This document shows, piece after piece, positions 37,731 to 50,693 of a stretch of 64,000 nt of DNA. The stretch spans positions 1 to 64,000 of the forward strand of contig NW_020844270.1 of NCBI RefSeq assembly GCF_003704095.1, read 5' to 3'. Source of the stretch: Pocillopora damicornis. Lineage: Eukaryota. Within the stretch, counting starts at the first letter, position 1; each line of letters starts with the position of its first letter. The notes below the pieces were generated by a model. That model was not told the DNA's origin. It did not search any database and saw nothing but the letters and a program-made list of their open reading frames with translations. A program made the position numbers and the translations under genes.

Positions 37731-38364
37731 ATGAATCACACGACGGTCTCTTTCATTCCCAGCAATAGATTCAGCGCAGAGGAAATTGTGGTTTTTGGTT
37801 TGTTGGGGCTTCTTATTGTATTAGGAAACACTGTGAGCATTATAATGTTCTGGAGAAGAAGGTTCTTCACGGAAAGATCATCGATTCTATTGATAAATCT
37901 CAGTGTTGCTGACTTTATCGTTGGCTTGGTTGTCATTTTTACAGTAATTGTGGGGAACCTTTTTCTACAAGATGGCAGTAACGGCGTTAAGAATATCCCA
38001 ATAACGATCATCATCCCATTTGACGTGTTTTCTGGGTTAAGCTCAATCTCCTTCCTCACCGCCATTGCGGTGGAGAAAACCTACACCTTACTTCGACCTC
38101 TTCGCCATGTCACCACGGCAACACGTAATTACGTCATTTTCATCTCCTGCTTGTAGGTCTTTCCAGGCTTTCTATCTTTTTTAGTGCTCTTTTCGTGGTG
38201 TGAATACCTGAACTTTATTTTATGTACCACTGTGGTACCTGCATTGGACTGGCCGTTCTTGCGTCTCTTACACTACAATATGGGTCAAACTTAATCAAAG
38301 AGACTTTGTCCTTCAAAGCCCAGAGACAGCCCGAAACAAAAAACTGGTTAAAACACTTTTTCTC
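37731..38364 (+). pseudogene. Class A GPCR pseudogene (TM1 to the start of TM6)
   Basis: GN in TM1, NLSVAD in TM2, FDVFSGLSSISFLTAIAVEK in TM3. TAG at 38154-38156 replaces W4.50. A frameshift follows, then SYTTIWVKL...RNKKLVKTLFL, after which homology ends. Confidence 0.85.
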
Positions 38365-39188
38365 TTTGGCTTAAACACGACAATTCCAACGATAGAATAT
38401 CCCTAAAAAGGTGCTAACCATGGGACGAAAGGTAAGGAACACAGAGGTATTACAGAGGTAATACACACACCGTATTTCATGATAATTTATTTACAAGTAC
38501 ATAAACTTGATAAGCATTGCTCCATCTATAGTAAATCAGCAAGTTATGTCATAAATGTACATTCGCTTAACAGAAACAGGATTGAGGAGGTTCACAAGAA
38601 TTTTACGTGTCATTGAAACAAATCTTATAATTATACTTTACTAGAAATTAAAACTACGCTTCGTAAAATATAATCTAATTTAGCTGATAGTAATCGTGTA
38701 ATTGTAAACTTCTAATTAAAATTCTAAAATACAATATTCTTAGAGTCATCATTGCGGGTTCATTTTTTAACTGATTGCCCCACTAGAGAACTTAGCGTTC
38801 AATCGAAAGAATAAAAAAGCAAATTTAGGAACTTCATAACACCACGAACTCTACAATGGTTGGTAGACAACCGTAAAGGAACGAACGGTGGATTAATTTG
38901 GATGAATCTCTGTTTTCAAAGACTTTGAACGCGTGCAAAAACGTAGACGGTTAGGTGTGACCGGCAGTGCCTCAAAACATCGATCCATCAACATGCTTTA
39001 AGCTCCAATAAACCCATCCTCTAACTGAGAACTAAACATTAAAACCACTGACTAAAAAACAACTCGTGAAATTTATACCAGTTCCCACATAATCCTCTAA
39101 GTTTCAATAAGATACATGTCGTTTAAGCCCAGTAAACGTGATTTTAATTCTTAATAGACTAAAACTGATATATTTCCATTATTGCTAT

Positions 39189-40154
39189 TTACAAGAACAT
39201 AGAGGGAACATTGGTATCAATGGAATGCATTGAAACCATGTTGTCGATTCCTCTTTCTCTATACCCCAGGGGAGGGTTACTCGGTGCACTTTCCTCACAG
39301 CAACAACAAAAAATGCGCCTGACTCCTTTCCTAAAATCTTTCACGCGCAGAGCATAAATAATGGGGTTTACAACTGAGTTAAAATAATGGAGGAATTTCG
39401 TAGCGTATATTGCGTGATAGAGACAGGCAAAGTCACCTTGGCTACATGAAAGGGTTGCACCCCGCTGAAAGTGAAAAATGTAATTAATCACTTTAAATGG
39501 CAACCAAGTGACTATAAAAATCAAGCTTAAGATCAGGAGAGTAACCGCCATCCTCTTCTGAAAGTCATCGCTTTTGTTGCGCGCACCCAGTAAAATGCAG
39601 GCGATCACTGAATAAGCGACCACAATAGTTATCATTGATAAGGCAAGTAAAATCATGATAAACAGGAATACCCCCTCATTATCTGCTGCACCGACATGCT
39701 TCTCTCGGAGAAACGACAAAACGCCGAGTAGCACCGATAAAAGCCAGATGGAGGTGATTACGATGTAGTAAACGATAGGTTTCAAGTTATCATGCCCGAC
39801 GGGAGACAAAGCTGCGTAAAGTCTCTCCAAAGCGATAGCGACCAGGAAGAAAATCGAGGCATACGAGGCAAATATCTCGATGGCGGTCTGGGCAGGTTGT
39901 ACGTGATCGTCCACATCCCACCAATTGGTAACTGATCCACCAATGTAATGAATGAACATCGGTATCGCTACCGCACCCACCAGGAGATCAGCCACTGCCA
40001 AGCTGATTAGCAACAGATAGGTTTTCCTGTGTAAGGACTTAGTGATGGCGAAGGCAGCTATAATAAGGATATTCCCAATAATAATTGCCGCCGACTCTAG
40101 GCCGTAGACGACGCACCAGGCTCGGTTTTCTTTTTCTGAAATTAGCGTGGTCAT
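39189..40154 (-). CDS. Orphan class A (rhodopsin-like) GPCR, 321 aa, single coding exon
   Basis: 7 TM segments; GN, SLAVAD, ALERL, TWLP and NPIIY motifs; CCCC after helix 8. Splice acceptor TTTTAG at ~40187 upstream of the ATG; AATAAA (-) at ~38490. Confidence 0.93.
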   Translation of the reverse strand: MTTLISEKENRAWCVVYGLESAAIIIGNILIIAAFAITKSLHRKTYLLLISLAVADLLVGAVAIPMFIHYIGGSVTNWWDVDDHVQPAQTAIEIFASYASIFFLVAIALERLYAALSPVGHDNLKPIVYYIVITSIWLLSVLLGVLSFLREKHVGAADNEGVFLFIMILLALSMITIVVAYSVIACILLGARNKSDDFQKRMAVTLLILSLIFIVTWLPFKVINYIFHFQRGATLSCSQGDFACLYHAIYATKFLHYFNSVVNPIIYALRVKDFRKGVRRIFCCCCEESAPSNPPLGYRERGIDNMVSMHSIDTNVPSMFL

Positions 40155-40398
40155 CTTGATTTCCTCGTCAGTGAAGAGGATGTGACCTAAAATCGTATAT
40201 GGTGGAAAAAGTAATGCAGCAATATTTAATTGAGTATCGGAAGTAAGCCGAGAATGTGTTGAGTTTGCTCCACTTCGCTTTGTTCCAGAACTTTATAAAG
40301 TATTGAGCAACTCCCCTCAACTGTGTCATCGTCTCAACCAATCAGATGCAAACAGAGATCAATAGCATTTTCCTGCACTTCGAAGGATTTGTTTGTCT

Positions 40399-40430
<32 letters not shown>

Positions 40431-40744
40431 TTGTTTGTTTTCGAGCCTTTTTTTGGCTCTTTGAAATATTTTTCTTTCCTAACCCTAAAATCGCAATTAT
40501 TTGGGCTTTATTTTTCAAAAATGTGCTTTAAGTTCACTTGAATTCACCCATCTACCAATTGAATCGGCTGAAAGAGTTTTTAGTTGGCTGAAATCCTTCA
40601 AATAAAAAAGCTCGAAAGTTAAGAAATTATAAAAATTCAAAACTCCCTTACACTTTTTTATTCTATTTACATAACACGACGCTAACGACATTGCTTATCC
40701 AAGCAGTATATGCAGACGTATATCATATATGAATGAAGGAGGTG

Positions 40745-40745
<1 letters not shown>

Positions 40746-40783
<38 letters not shown>

Positions 40784-40888
40784 CATAACAGGATAATTTA
40801 GTACTATCAAGTGAGTTGATAGCGTTAATTGGCCACCGTGAAGAGTTTCAAAGCAGACGTTTCGAGCGTTAGCCAACTCAGTTATCAA
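40746..40888 (-). mobile_element. Second copy of the hammerhead-associated short repeat (truncated within the ribozyme)
   Basis: Minus strand GGCTAACGCTC-GAAA-CG-TC retained, CTGACGA missing. ~85 bp homology to 37063-37152. Confidence 0.6.
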
Positions 40889-40948
40889 TATGTATTATGA
40901 ACTCAATTGATAATACTGAATTCCCCTGTCATACGTGAAATTCGTAAT

Positions 40949-41015
40949 GGGCCTTGCTCATCATAGTTGGTAGAGCATCGGAGCGCAGATTCCGAAGGTC
41001 TGAGGTTCGTTTCCA
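40949..41015 (+). mobile_element. tRNA-derived SINE head
   Basis: AGTTGGTAGAGC (A-box/D-arm) and GGTTCGTTTCC (B-box/T-arm) at tRNA spacing, but no acceptor stem. Confidence 0.55.
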
Positions 41016-44000
41016 CAAAAGTGGTCATTAGCCGTGTATTTTTGTTCGCGAAGGCCGAAAAATTTGAAAAAAATAAGTTTGGTAAGAGTGCCATCTAACA
41101 ATCTACTTAGTAACCCCGCTTACTCATTCCCTTTGCTCGAGCCCTATTGGAGAATATTGGCTCCCGGTCGTTTTGTACGGACTTCGCTGCGCTCGGTCCG
41201 CACTGCTACTACTATAGGCCAATATTCCCCATTACGGCCCTTGCGCTCAGTTAATAAGAAGTTATGAATTGTTTCTATAGTAGCTGATCTGTACTTATTT
41301 ATTCATTTTCTTTTTGTAGATAAAAAATTTTTTGATGAACTATGGGAATTATGTAATATTAGAACTGAACCAAAAGATTTGTTCACAGATATTCCATACC
41401 AAACAAAGCGTAGATAAACTATTCGCTTCATGTTAAAGAATTTTTAAACAGAGGTGGCCATAGAGCAAAGCTTTGATCAAAAGCAATAGACACTAACTCG
41501 TGGGCGGAGCTTAGATAATCTATGCTGGTTCATGACAGAAAATTCATTAAGACCAGAAAAATATGTATGAAGTTTAAGGTAAGAAGTAAATAACCGATTT
41601 TGAATACACTTCGGAACAGTTCGATCGCCTCTAAAAATTGACTGTGATAGCAAGATTTGACAGTTTCTAACTGATTGCAGTTTGCTATAAAGCTGATAAT
41701 TAAGTAAGAGTTTACGCATCAGTTGTCTTTAGAAGACACTCTGTCGCAGTCTAAATACTAAGAAAGCTATTTACATTCCAGACTATGATAATCTGTTTAG
41801 AAGTCGTGTCAAGATCATTTTGTAATCTGCCTAGGAAAGTGGTAATTTTTGTCAAGTAAGCCACAAATGATATCATGACAGTTATTGTACGTATTCAGCA
41901 GTTTGCGACAGTACCCGATATAAGTGCTATTGAAGTGAAAAGATCTCATGACGCCGACCTTGGGTTCATTTTGCAGTGTTAAATCAAGTGGACCCTTTCT
42001 TTTGTCTATTTGCTTACTTGTTTCAAATCTAATCGTTGCCATCATACGTCAGGAGAGTTTTTTTATCAGAAATATACTTTAGATCTTTGCAAAACTCTTG
42101 ACAACTCTTAGCGGTCTACCAACGTAAATTCTAACTGCTAATCGAAGAACTCATTCATATATCCGCATATCCTGATCTTTCAAATTTTAAGCTCGAATAA
42201 AATTTACACAAACATGGCTTTGTTTTGGATCGTGGGAAAAATTAAGACTTACTTTCGAACACGAGTGCAGAGCTTCATATAGAGTTCAATCACAGCGCTC
42301 AGAAAGTTGACTTCATGTCATGATTGCCGCGATGATGACTAGTTTGATATCGCGTTTAAAACGTAAGTAAAAAAACTGCGTGGAATTTGAAAAGTTCCGA
42401 AACATTTTTCAAAGCCTCACTTGAGTTAAAGGGTTTAGGTATAAAGCTTCTGTGTTAATCCTTGAAGTAATTTGGCGGCTGTGACTCTCTGTTGCTCGCC
42501 TGCCATAGTTTATGTGCCATTTAACGATGTTCATTATCACGTTTGATTACAAATTACTCCAAAGTTAACTCTGCAAAAAATCTGTACTCCTAGCTATCGG
42601 CAAAAGTATTCGACGGCAGAAAAGAAGTTTTCGTCTTCAAATCACTTTTTGAAAGGAACACTGAGATAAACATTTTTACCATATTTCAACATATTTTCAA
42701 TACTATACATTGTTCTAAATAAGAGCGTAAACTTACTGGCTCTGGCTAGTGTTCACTCTTTGGAAGGAATGCGCTTAGTTTGCAGCTTTTGTTAAACTTC
42801 TGTGGGCTGAAATTAAAGACAGGAAGGTTTTACATGATAATAAACTTTTCAGAAGTAAGTTGCACAAAAAAAGCAACGCCGAAAGTCAACTGTTGACGCA
42901 GTTAATTATACCAACGGACAGAGCCTGTTAATATCGAGATACTTTACCTTGGCCTCACTTTAACTACTCTGTCCCTTGTCAAACGTTCTGGAATCCAGGA
43001 AGAACCAGATTCAACAAAAAGCTTGTTTCCTTATGAAATGAACTAAGAATACAAGTATCTTTTGCTCACTTGATAATTTAACTTGCAGATTTTCACACCG
43101 ATACTGATGCACTTTTCACGTCTCACTGAGCAAGCGACAAAGTGTGACAATGCCGTATACTGAACTTGTATTAAAATTATGCATATTTTAATCTTTCTCG
43201 TATTTGGTCCAATAATGACCAATTTGTGTCGCAGAAACTCATCTTTGGATTATTTGCTTGACAGCATAGACCTAGAACACGATTGAACTCGTAAATTTAA
43301 CCTTCCGTCGAATTTCAAATACATTTTCCAATAGCAGGTGGTAAATAATCGGCAATTTCTCCCGACTACTTTGCAACAAAACGTATGGCGAAAGGAATGG
43401 AGAATAAGTAATCAGATCTTGAGGGTTGATAGGTGAAGATGGAATAAATATGGAAAGTGTTTTTTGTCAATGAAAAGGTCACGAACGAGAATTTTTTTTT
43501 TGTTTTGCTTCATGAGATTGGATTATGTAACAAATCGTTTCGAGCACTTTGTGATTTACAAGACAAGTTGACAAGTTTTATGTAACTACTAACTACATCA
43601 GAATTAAACTTAATCATAAACTTTCTGATCACTCCGTCGATCATTTTTCACTGATGTCCAATGATATGCCATGGTCGAAATAAAAATGCTCTTGGAATCA
43701 GAATTTAATAAATCTCTAATTCGTGTGCTTTCGCGCACGGGCGAGCTAGGAACGACTGATTGCCACAATGTCCACATCTCAATGAGTTGGTGAGTGACTC
43801 ATTTGCATATCGGAGTCCGCATTAAAATCCGTTTGTACGAGTTAAAAGTTACTACCACAAAGCGCGATCAGATTTCAGCTCCAGGGATAACCATGGCTTG
43901 ATGGATACTCCACTTAATCCTATCAGTGTCCTTTTGTTTTCATTTTTAAAATACTCATACTTTTGTTGGTCATATGACACCCTTATTCACAAGGCTCGGT

Positions 44001-44339
44001 ATGTTCCAAATCAGCAAAAATGTGAATGTTTACGCAGTGCAGTTGTATCAATAAAGTTTGTTTGCAATTTGTTACCAAACGAACAACGCTTCATTTTTTT
44101 TTGTCAGAAACGGAGAACGCTTCCCTTTGTTGTTAGAAATGAACAACGCTTTAAAAATCGTTACTTAAAAGTATCTCAATTTCGAGCATACGATCGATTT
44201 CTGTGTAGTGAAAGTCTTCATGGTATTGTTAGAAACCAAGAGAGAGTTTCTCAAGGTTACGAAACGTCCGTGAGTAAGAAACGATTACATACCAAACGAA
44301 CTACGCTGCATTTTGTTGTTAAACGCAGCGTTATTTGGA

Positions 44340-46600
44340 AAGACATGAAGTGTGATGTTTGCAAAAAACAAACGCCTACTCTGGCAATTTGACGAGTTTA
44401 AGAAGATGGATGGACCGAGTCGTTGGGGTGTTGCAAAACGACTGAAATTCTGCTATCGATGCCTCAAAGGGACCACAGAGGTGACCGTTGTACTCGAAGC
44501 AGGATGTGTGGTACTGATGGCTGTCAGAACACACACAATGAACTACTGCATGGACAACTGCTAACAAGGAACGAGGCAACTTTATACAGACAACACCAAG
44601 AGCCAGAGAGAGGACCAGTTGCCGATATTAGTCAGAGTCAGACTATGGGGCCAATCCAAGCACGGAGGGGAGCAACAGTTCCTGGCTGAACGATTGTTAA
44701 CGACAACCATTGCGGCTCCAATCTCACCAGAGCGGCCACACTATGTGGCTTTGCGAACTGTGTCAGTGGTATTGAAGAATGGGGGTCGAAGGTATCGAAG
44801 AATGGTGGTGAATGCTTTGTTGGATGATGCTAACAGAAAGACGTACATCAATGGTAATGTGGCTGCCGTGTTAGGATTCGAAGAAACTGTCCAGCAGATC
44901 ACTGCTAATGTTCTAAATGGTGGGGAGGATTCTTTTCAAACCACGCCTGTTGAGTTTGACCCTGAAAGCGTGAATGGCAAGACTAATGCAAGAATCTGAG
45001 CTTTTACAGCAATCGGAGTAACGGAGATATGCAATCAGTCGACTGAAAAAGGCAAGCAATGAGGTGGAGACTTCCGTAAGGCATCAATTTCCCACCGGTC
45101 ATTGGTATGCTGATTGGGATAGACCCTGTAAAGTTGCATTATTCAGTCAAAGATATTCGTGGTAAACCTAGTGAACCTGAGGCTCGACTAACTCCCTTGG
45201 GCTAAACATGCATTGGTGCAACTGAAGTGATGGCTGGCAGGCTGCCACAAACTTATTTTAACGCGGCCTATTTTGTGCTAGAGAAGGACTTAAGCTCGGT
45301 GCTTCGAAGTTCTAGGAGTTGATACTTCAGGTTCAGGAACTAAAGGAGAGAAACTTGCACAGGTCGAGGAAATAGCCATCCAAAGATTCAACAGCTCAGT
45401 GCGGTTTAAAGACGGAAAATATGAGGTATCCATGCCATGGAAATCAGACGTCACAGCATTGCCAAATAACTATGACATGGCGTTGAACCGATCGTTGAGT
45501 ACAGAGAAGAGACTTCTGAAGGATTCGTTGCTGAGTGGGGTATATTCAAACATTATCGCTGATTACTTGAGAGAGGGATACATTTCCAAGGAATTGCCTC
45601 CTGAGACGAGAAGTCCTGGTACCTCAAGCATTTCGCACTCGTGAGACCTGACAAGACGACTACGAAGACGACTACATGGTGTTCGATGAATCCGCGAAAT
45701 TCAAAAGGGTATCGCTGAATGATGTTAATTACCGAGGGCCCAAGCTTAAATGTGATATCTTTGATGTGCTACTGCGGTTTCGAAAATTTGGAGTTCACCT
45801 ATATGAATCACGGACAGTATGGACTCGGCACCTGGTGAAGATGAGTGCATAGAGCTTTATGAGCCATGTGGGAGTCTGCTGCTATGCATACAAGAAAGTG
45901 GCTTTCAAACCTCCAAAAAGTACTCCAGAAGATACTTGAAGTGGATAGAGCTGTAAAAGTAGATTTCTACATGAGAAATTTGCCGTCAGAGAAGACTCTT
46001 GACATTTTGTGGCTGGCCAGAGAAGATTTGAGAGTGAAGAGTGAGAGGGAACCGTTCGGAGGAGGAGTACCCCTTAACCAAGCGAAACTTCTTGCGGAAG
46101 ATAGCCACGCTGTTTGATCCCATGGGGTCTATAGCCCCGTATGTGATTAGAGCAATGATTCCTCTGCAAGACATGTGTACCACTGGATTGGATTAGGATG
46201 ACCTGCTTGACCAGCGTATAAATCAGTGAGCCCCTTGGAAGACTTACCACTTACTCCGAATCATTTTTTGTTTGGTCAAGTTTGGACAGTAAGCCAATTT
46301 AGTCCAAGAAAACGGTGGAGGCGTGTTCTGAAACTTGTATGACATTTTTGGAACTAATGGCTTTGATAGCGGCTACCAACCCTCAACCGACGATCAGAAT
46401 GGCAGAACGAGCAGAAAGACATTCAGGTGAATTAAGTCGTGTTAATGTTGGCACCCGACACATCTTATGAGCAGTGGCCTCTTGGCAGAGTTTTGGAGGT
46501 TTACCCAGAAGCAGAGGGGCATGTGGGTGCAGTGAAACTGCAGACCGGTCGTAATGTCTTGGTGAGATCAGTCACAAGGATATGCCCATATTCAAATCAT
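44340..46600 (+). mobile_element. Decayed, internally deleted BEL/Pao LTR retrotransposon (gag-pol relic)
   Basis: Gag triple Cys-His region (CDVCKKQ...LWQ; FCYRCL...HRGDRCTRSRMCGTDGCQNTHNELLH). Protease VNALLDDANRKTYI. RT region KYEVSMPWK...LPNNYDMALNRSLSTEKRL and SLNDVNYRGPKL. Pao RNase-adjacent TKRNFLRKIATLFDPMG. Integrase C-terminus WPLGRVLEVYP. LTRs not confidently delimited. Confidence 0.9.
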
Positions 46601-49600
46601 TAGAAACGATTTTTGCTGTTTACTTGTTTTTTAGTTCGATGAATCACCGACCCATCGAGGAGTCGGAGGATGGTCTAAAGGACAGTGAATTCCTAAGACG
46701 TTTGAGTGTATGATACATAAGGTATAATTCGGGGGTGGGAAGAGGGGCACGTGATCTAGTTTTGGGATAGTAAAAGCACTTCGAAAGATTTGGATTTTGG
46801 AGTTTAGTTTTCGGCTCTGTCGATTTTTTTTGTTGTTTTTGCCTCGAAATTACACGTGACATTCAATAAATGGTTTGAAAACCAAACGAAACCATCCACT
46901 TTTAGCAAATTTTGAACGTCACGGTCTGCAAGCGATACGAATTTTCCAGTTTTTTTAGCAGCCATAGCCCGAGAAAATTTCGACAAACGACCTTGGATTG
47001 AGAATGGTTAAGGTTGCCATATATTTATCAACGTAACAGAGTGGCGCGAAAGGCGCGTGACAGTAGCTGATTGGCGATATCAAACACACGTGCAAAATTA
47101 TCGTATTTTTTCAAGTGTATTGTTATGGCTTTTCACAGGGCTGGAGATCCTTTTACAACACCGCAGTTTGTCTATTAAAAGAGTTTATAAAGCTGACGTT
47201 TTGATTTTGAGCCCCTCGTTGGAGCAAAGGGTTAATCTATAAGAGGCTGAAATATATTTTCGGCGCTTTCCACTTCGTCGCCATAAGCTTAGAATACATA
47301 CGTGTTTTCATGTATTTGTACAAACGTTCAAACCCACAGAGGAGACGAAGCAAGATTTAAAAAAGATGCAAAGGAGAACTGCTAGCATCAAAAAATTATG
47401 CAAAGTGAAAAAAAGGGGAATTGAAATGTGCATTCAGTCCCCGCCTCTTATACGCAAAATCCTGACAAAACAAGTCTAAAGCAACTTGAGATATTCTTTT
47501 CTAATGGTAAAGCCATTGAACTGTTGTGTGTAAAGAGAGCGGATAAGCAGCAGTCGTAGACAACTTGTGTTTTTGTCACACCGCCAAAATTTTCATCACA
47601 ATATGCTGAATGTCAAATACATCAGTAATACCATTTTGGGTGGCAGCTTAATTAAATTTGCATTTCTGACAGAGCCAGCTAGCGAGTTATAGCACATCAT
47701 ATGCTAATATTAATGTTTCACTCGGAATGTTAGCGTCTCATGAATCAAATTCTGTATAATTAGAAGATTAAAGAGAATTTCAGGTGAGTTAAAGAAAAGT
47801 TAATCAAGTGCTGGCCATGATCAACGTATTATTTTACCTACCGCAGTGGAAAATTTTATCACCTTGAATGAGAAAGGACGTGCGGATGGATTTGTTGTAC
47901 AAGTTCTTCGCAGAACGAACGAATAAGGCTTTGAGGAGGCAATTAAGTGTTCAGCGCTGCATGAACAGTTAATGAATATTGTGATACGGTTTCGCGGGTT
48001 TTATTTTTTCAATAGCATGGATATCTCAAGCTGATTTTTTTTCCAAAGCGGTTCATTCAAAGGAACTGAACTTTTTCCTTCGATAGTACAATGGTACAAT
48101 TTTCATCACCCGTTTGAAATATCGTGTATACAATCCAATTTTTATTTACAAGTTTTATTTACATAATTTTTCGTTCGATTTGTCAGTTTCACTAACTTCT
48201 TGCGTTAATAGTACTTATGATATCACCTTTGTATAAAGCGAAGCTCGCTATTTTTTCCAATCGATGTGGGTTTAATTTCACTTATTGCTTTGCGAAAGTG
48301 ACAGGTACTCCGTCAGATGCAATATGCAAAATTTCGAGCCAATTCACCTTGCCCACGTTTTTAATTCTGCCTACAGGGGAAGTTACAGGAACACGTCTGC
48401 ATGTTTCTTCTTTTCGATAATACTTGTTTTTAATCTCTAATTTTTTCGAAAATAGTTCTGATGAAACCTGTAAATTGTCGCACCTGAAAAGTTTAGTCTT
48501 TTACACTCGACTCGAACTGAATAAAACTCACGACAAAATCGATTTTTACCAATAATGCTTTGAAATTGCATAAATAATGACCCAGTGAACAAGTTAGGTG
48601 AATATTGCGAAATTATGGAAATATAGGAAATTAGTTTTTATGTTGTCTCTTGTATCGGAGATATTTAACATTTTCACATTTTACTTTGAAATGTTTCTAT
48701 TCCCAATAAAAACTCCTCTTTACGCTGGTAGGAGTTTCAAACAGCGGCAAGACACAAAAGACTGTGATGCGTAATCTTTCTCTGTGAAGCATTTTAAAAA
48801 ATATTTTTTGGGCGGAAAAAAGGACAAATGCTTTGATTTAGATGAATTTAACTAACTTAAATTGATAAGAAAATAGCATTTCCCGGCGCATTTTGAGTCT
48901 TGATTTTGTTTCGTGACTGTATGGTTGACTTCCCGAAATTGTTGAATTTCTAATGCACATGATTTTAGCAAAGCAAGTCTCCCTTGCCATGCCAATCTAT
49001 TTTCTCCCGTTTTCATCAACAAAGAATCGTTCGATAGCTATGGCGCTATTGGTTTTCAGAGATCTCAAGTTGACGTGATGCTTATAACATCTACAAATCA
49101 ATTTTCAATTGTTATTACCTTTGTATGCCTTCGACCTTGTTAAATTACACTGGACCCCGAGTGGTTATCCTTTTTTGTTTCAGCTATAATTTGCATATTT
49201 GAAAATACCACGCGCATATGTTTGCACGTCACGGTGTGCGATGAAACTTGCATTTGGCTTGTACCATCCGCCGAAAAGAGAAAGAAAACTTTTGGTAAGC
49301 AAGAGGCAATACAATGAATTACTTCGAGTGTCAAAAAATTTCTAAACTGAAAATGGAAATACGTTGCTCATCATAATCCGAATTGTTCAGATGAACGAAG
49401 CTTTTACTACTTTTTATTAACATCTGTGACTAAGGTTTTTTTTCTCTCTTAAATGATTTTAAACCTTATAGTGAAACCGTATCAAAAATGTACTTTGTGA
49501 AAGCACATAATTAATTTCCCTTTGAAAGCTGATTCCCTTAAAATTTCGGGTAAGTTTTGTCCCAAAAGTTATCGTTGATAAGATATTAAACTAGGCACTC

Positions 49601-50693
49601 ATAGTGATATATATTAAACTACTAAGAGAACTATGAAGCCATGTAGTAAATGATTTTGAATTGAAGTAAATCTGTATATTTCGTTGTCTACGTGGAATAC
49701 ATTCTAGTTCCGGGCACACGAGCTATCCTTCCCATCAGCTTGGTGTTTTTTAAAGTTTAAGTGGTTATGCATATAAGTTGACTTACGCTGCCGGGAAAGG
49801 AACATTTATTTCTGTCATGAAAATATCCCGGAGTTTTTAAATTAAAATATCTTTCACTTTGCCTTTTACATTTTTTTATCTATTGTCAATAAAAAGCAAA
49901 CACCCTCCAGCGGTTCGACTTCAAATAAGTCTGTTTTGATGACATCATAGGTGAAACTCCAAGCTGTTGGATATAACAATCAATCGGGAGCCGTGTGCAG
50001 TAGCCTAAGAAACCTTGCCTTGAATGTCAAGTTGAAAATACTGACTTTCGTTGACTACACGGCTATCCCAGCTTGTTTTGTAGAATTCCTGACAATAATA
50101 CCATTTTATTTCAAACACTGATTTAAAAAGATGGATTTGGTCAGAGGCAAACTACTACATAGTTTATGTGGGTAAAATATTCATGTACACTCTTGTTGGG
50201 AATAAAGCTGGTAAGGAGGGGAAGAAACACGAACCTCTATATCAGTTTTCTGGATATACTAATGTCTCTTCAACACAGCAACAGAGTATCTTACAAAAAA
50301 AATTGGCGTGAAAGACTACTAAAACTCTAAGCGAGACAACTTTACACTTAGTATACCAAATGAAGACTAGAAGGGGACCAACGTACTCATGGCAACGAAA
50401 ATGTTTTTCAAATCCCCGAAGGATCTGAAATATTAACAGAAAGTAAGAGGATATAAATTTCCATTAATTTTTTTTTCTGATATATAGTATATTCACTAAA
50501 TTTGATTACGTTTTCATGATGACTTATGTGTTCAGTTTAGGTTTCGATTGATTAATTTTTGTAGTTATATTGTAGTGATAACTTTTCGGTAGCCTGAATG
50601 AAACGGATCTATTAATGTTTCCTTTGTTTTATTTTAATTGTTTTTCTTTCGACAGGAGAGAAGCCATCATAGCCCTATTGCTAATTAAAGACA

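Noticed and set aside
40949-41020. Functional tRNA gene
   Set aside because: It has A/B-box-like arms but no pairing acceptor stem and a disrupted D-arm, so it is better explained as a SINE head.
43898-44392. 164-aa ORF as BEL gag
   Set aside because: Only its last ~15 codons resemble gag; the rest is built from short AACGAACAACGCT-type repeats with no protein similarity.
46770-47050. Crypton-like N-terminal peptide (MAAKKTGKFVSLADRDVQNLL) or BEL 3' LTR
   Set aside because: Too short, and no matching 5' LTR or recombinase motifs were found in the window.
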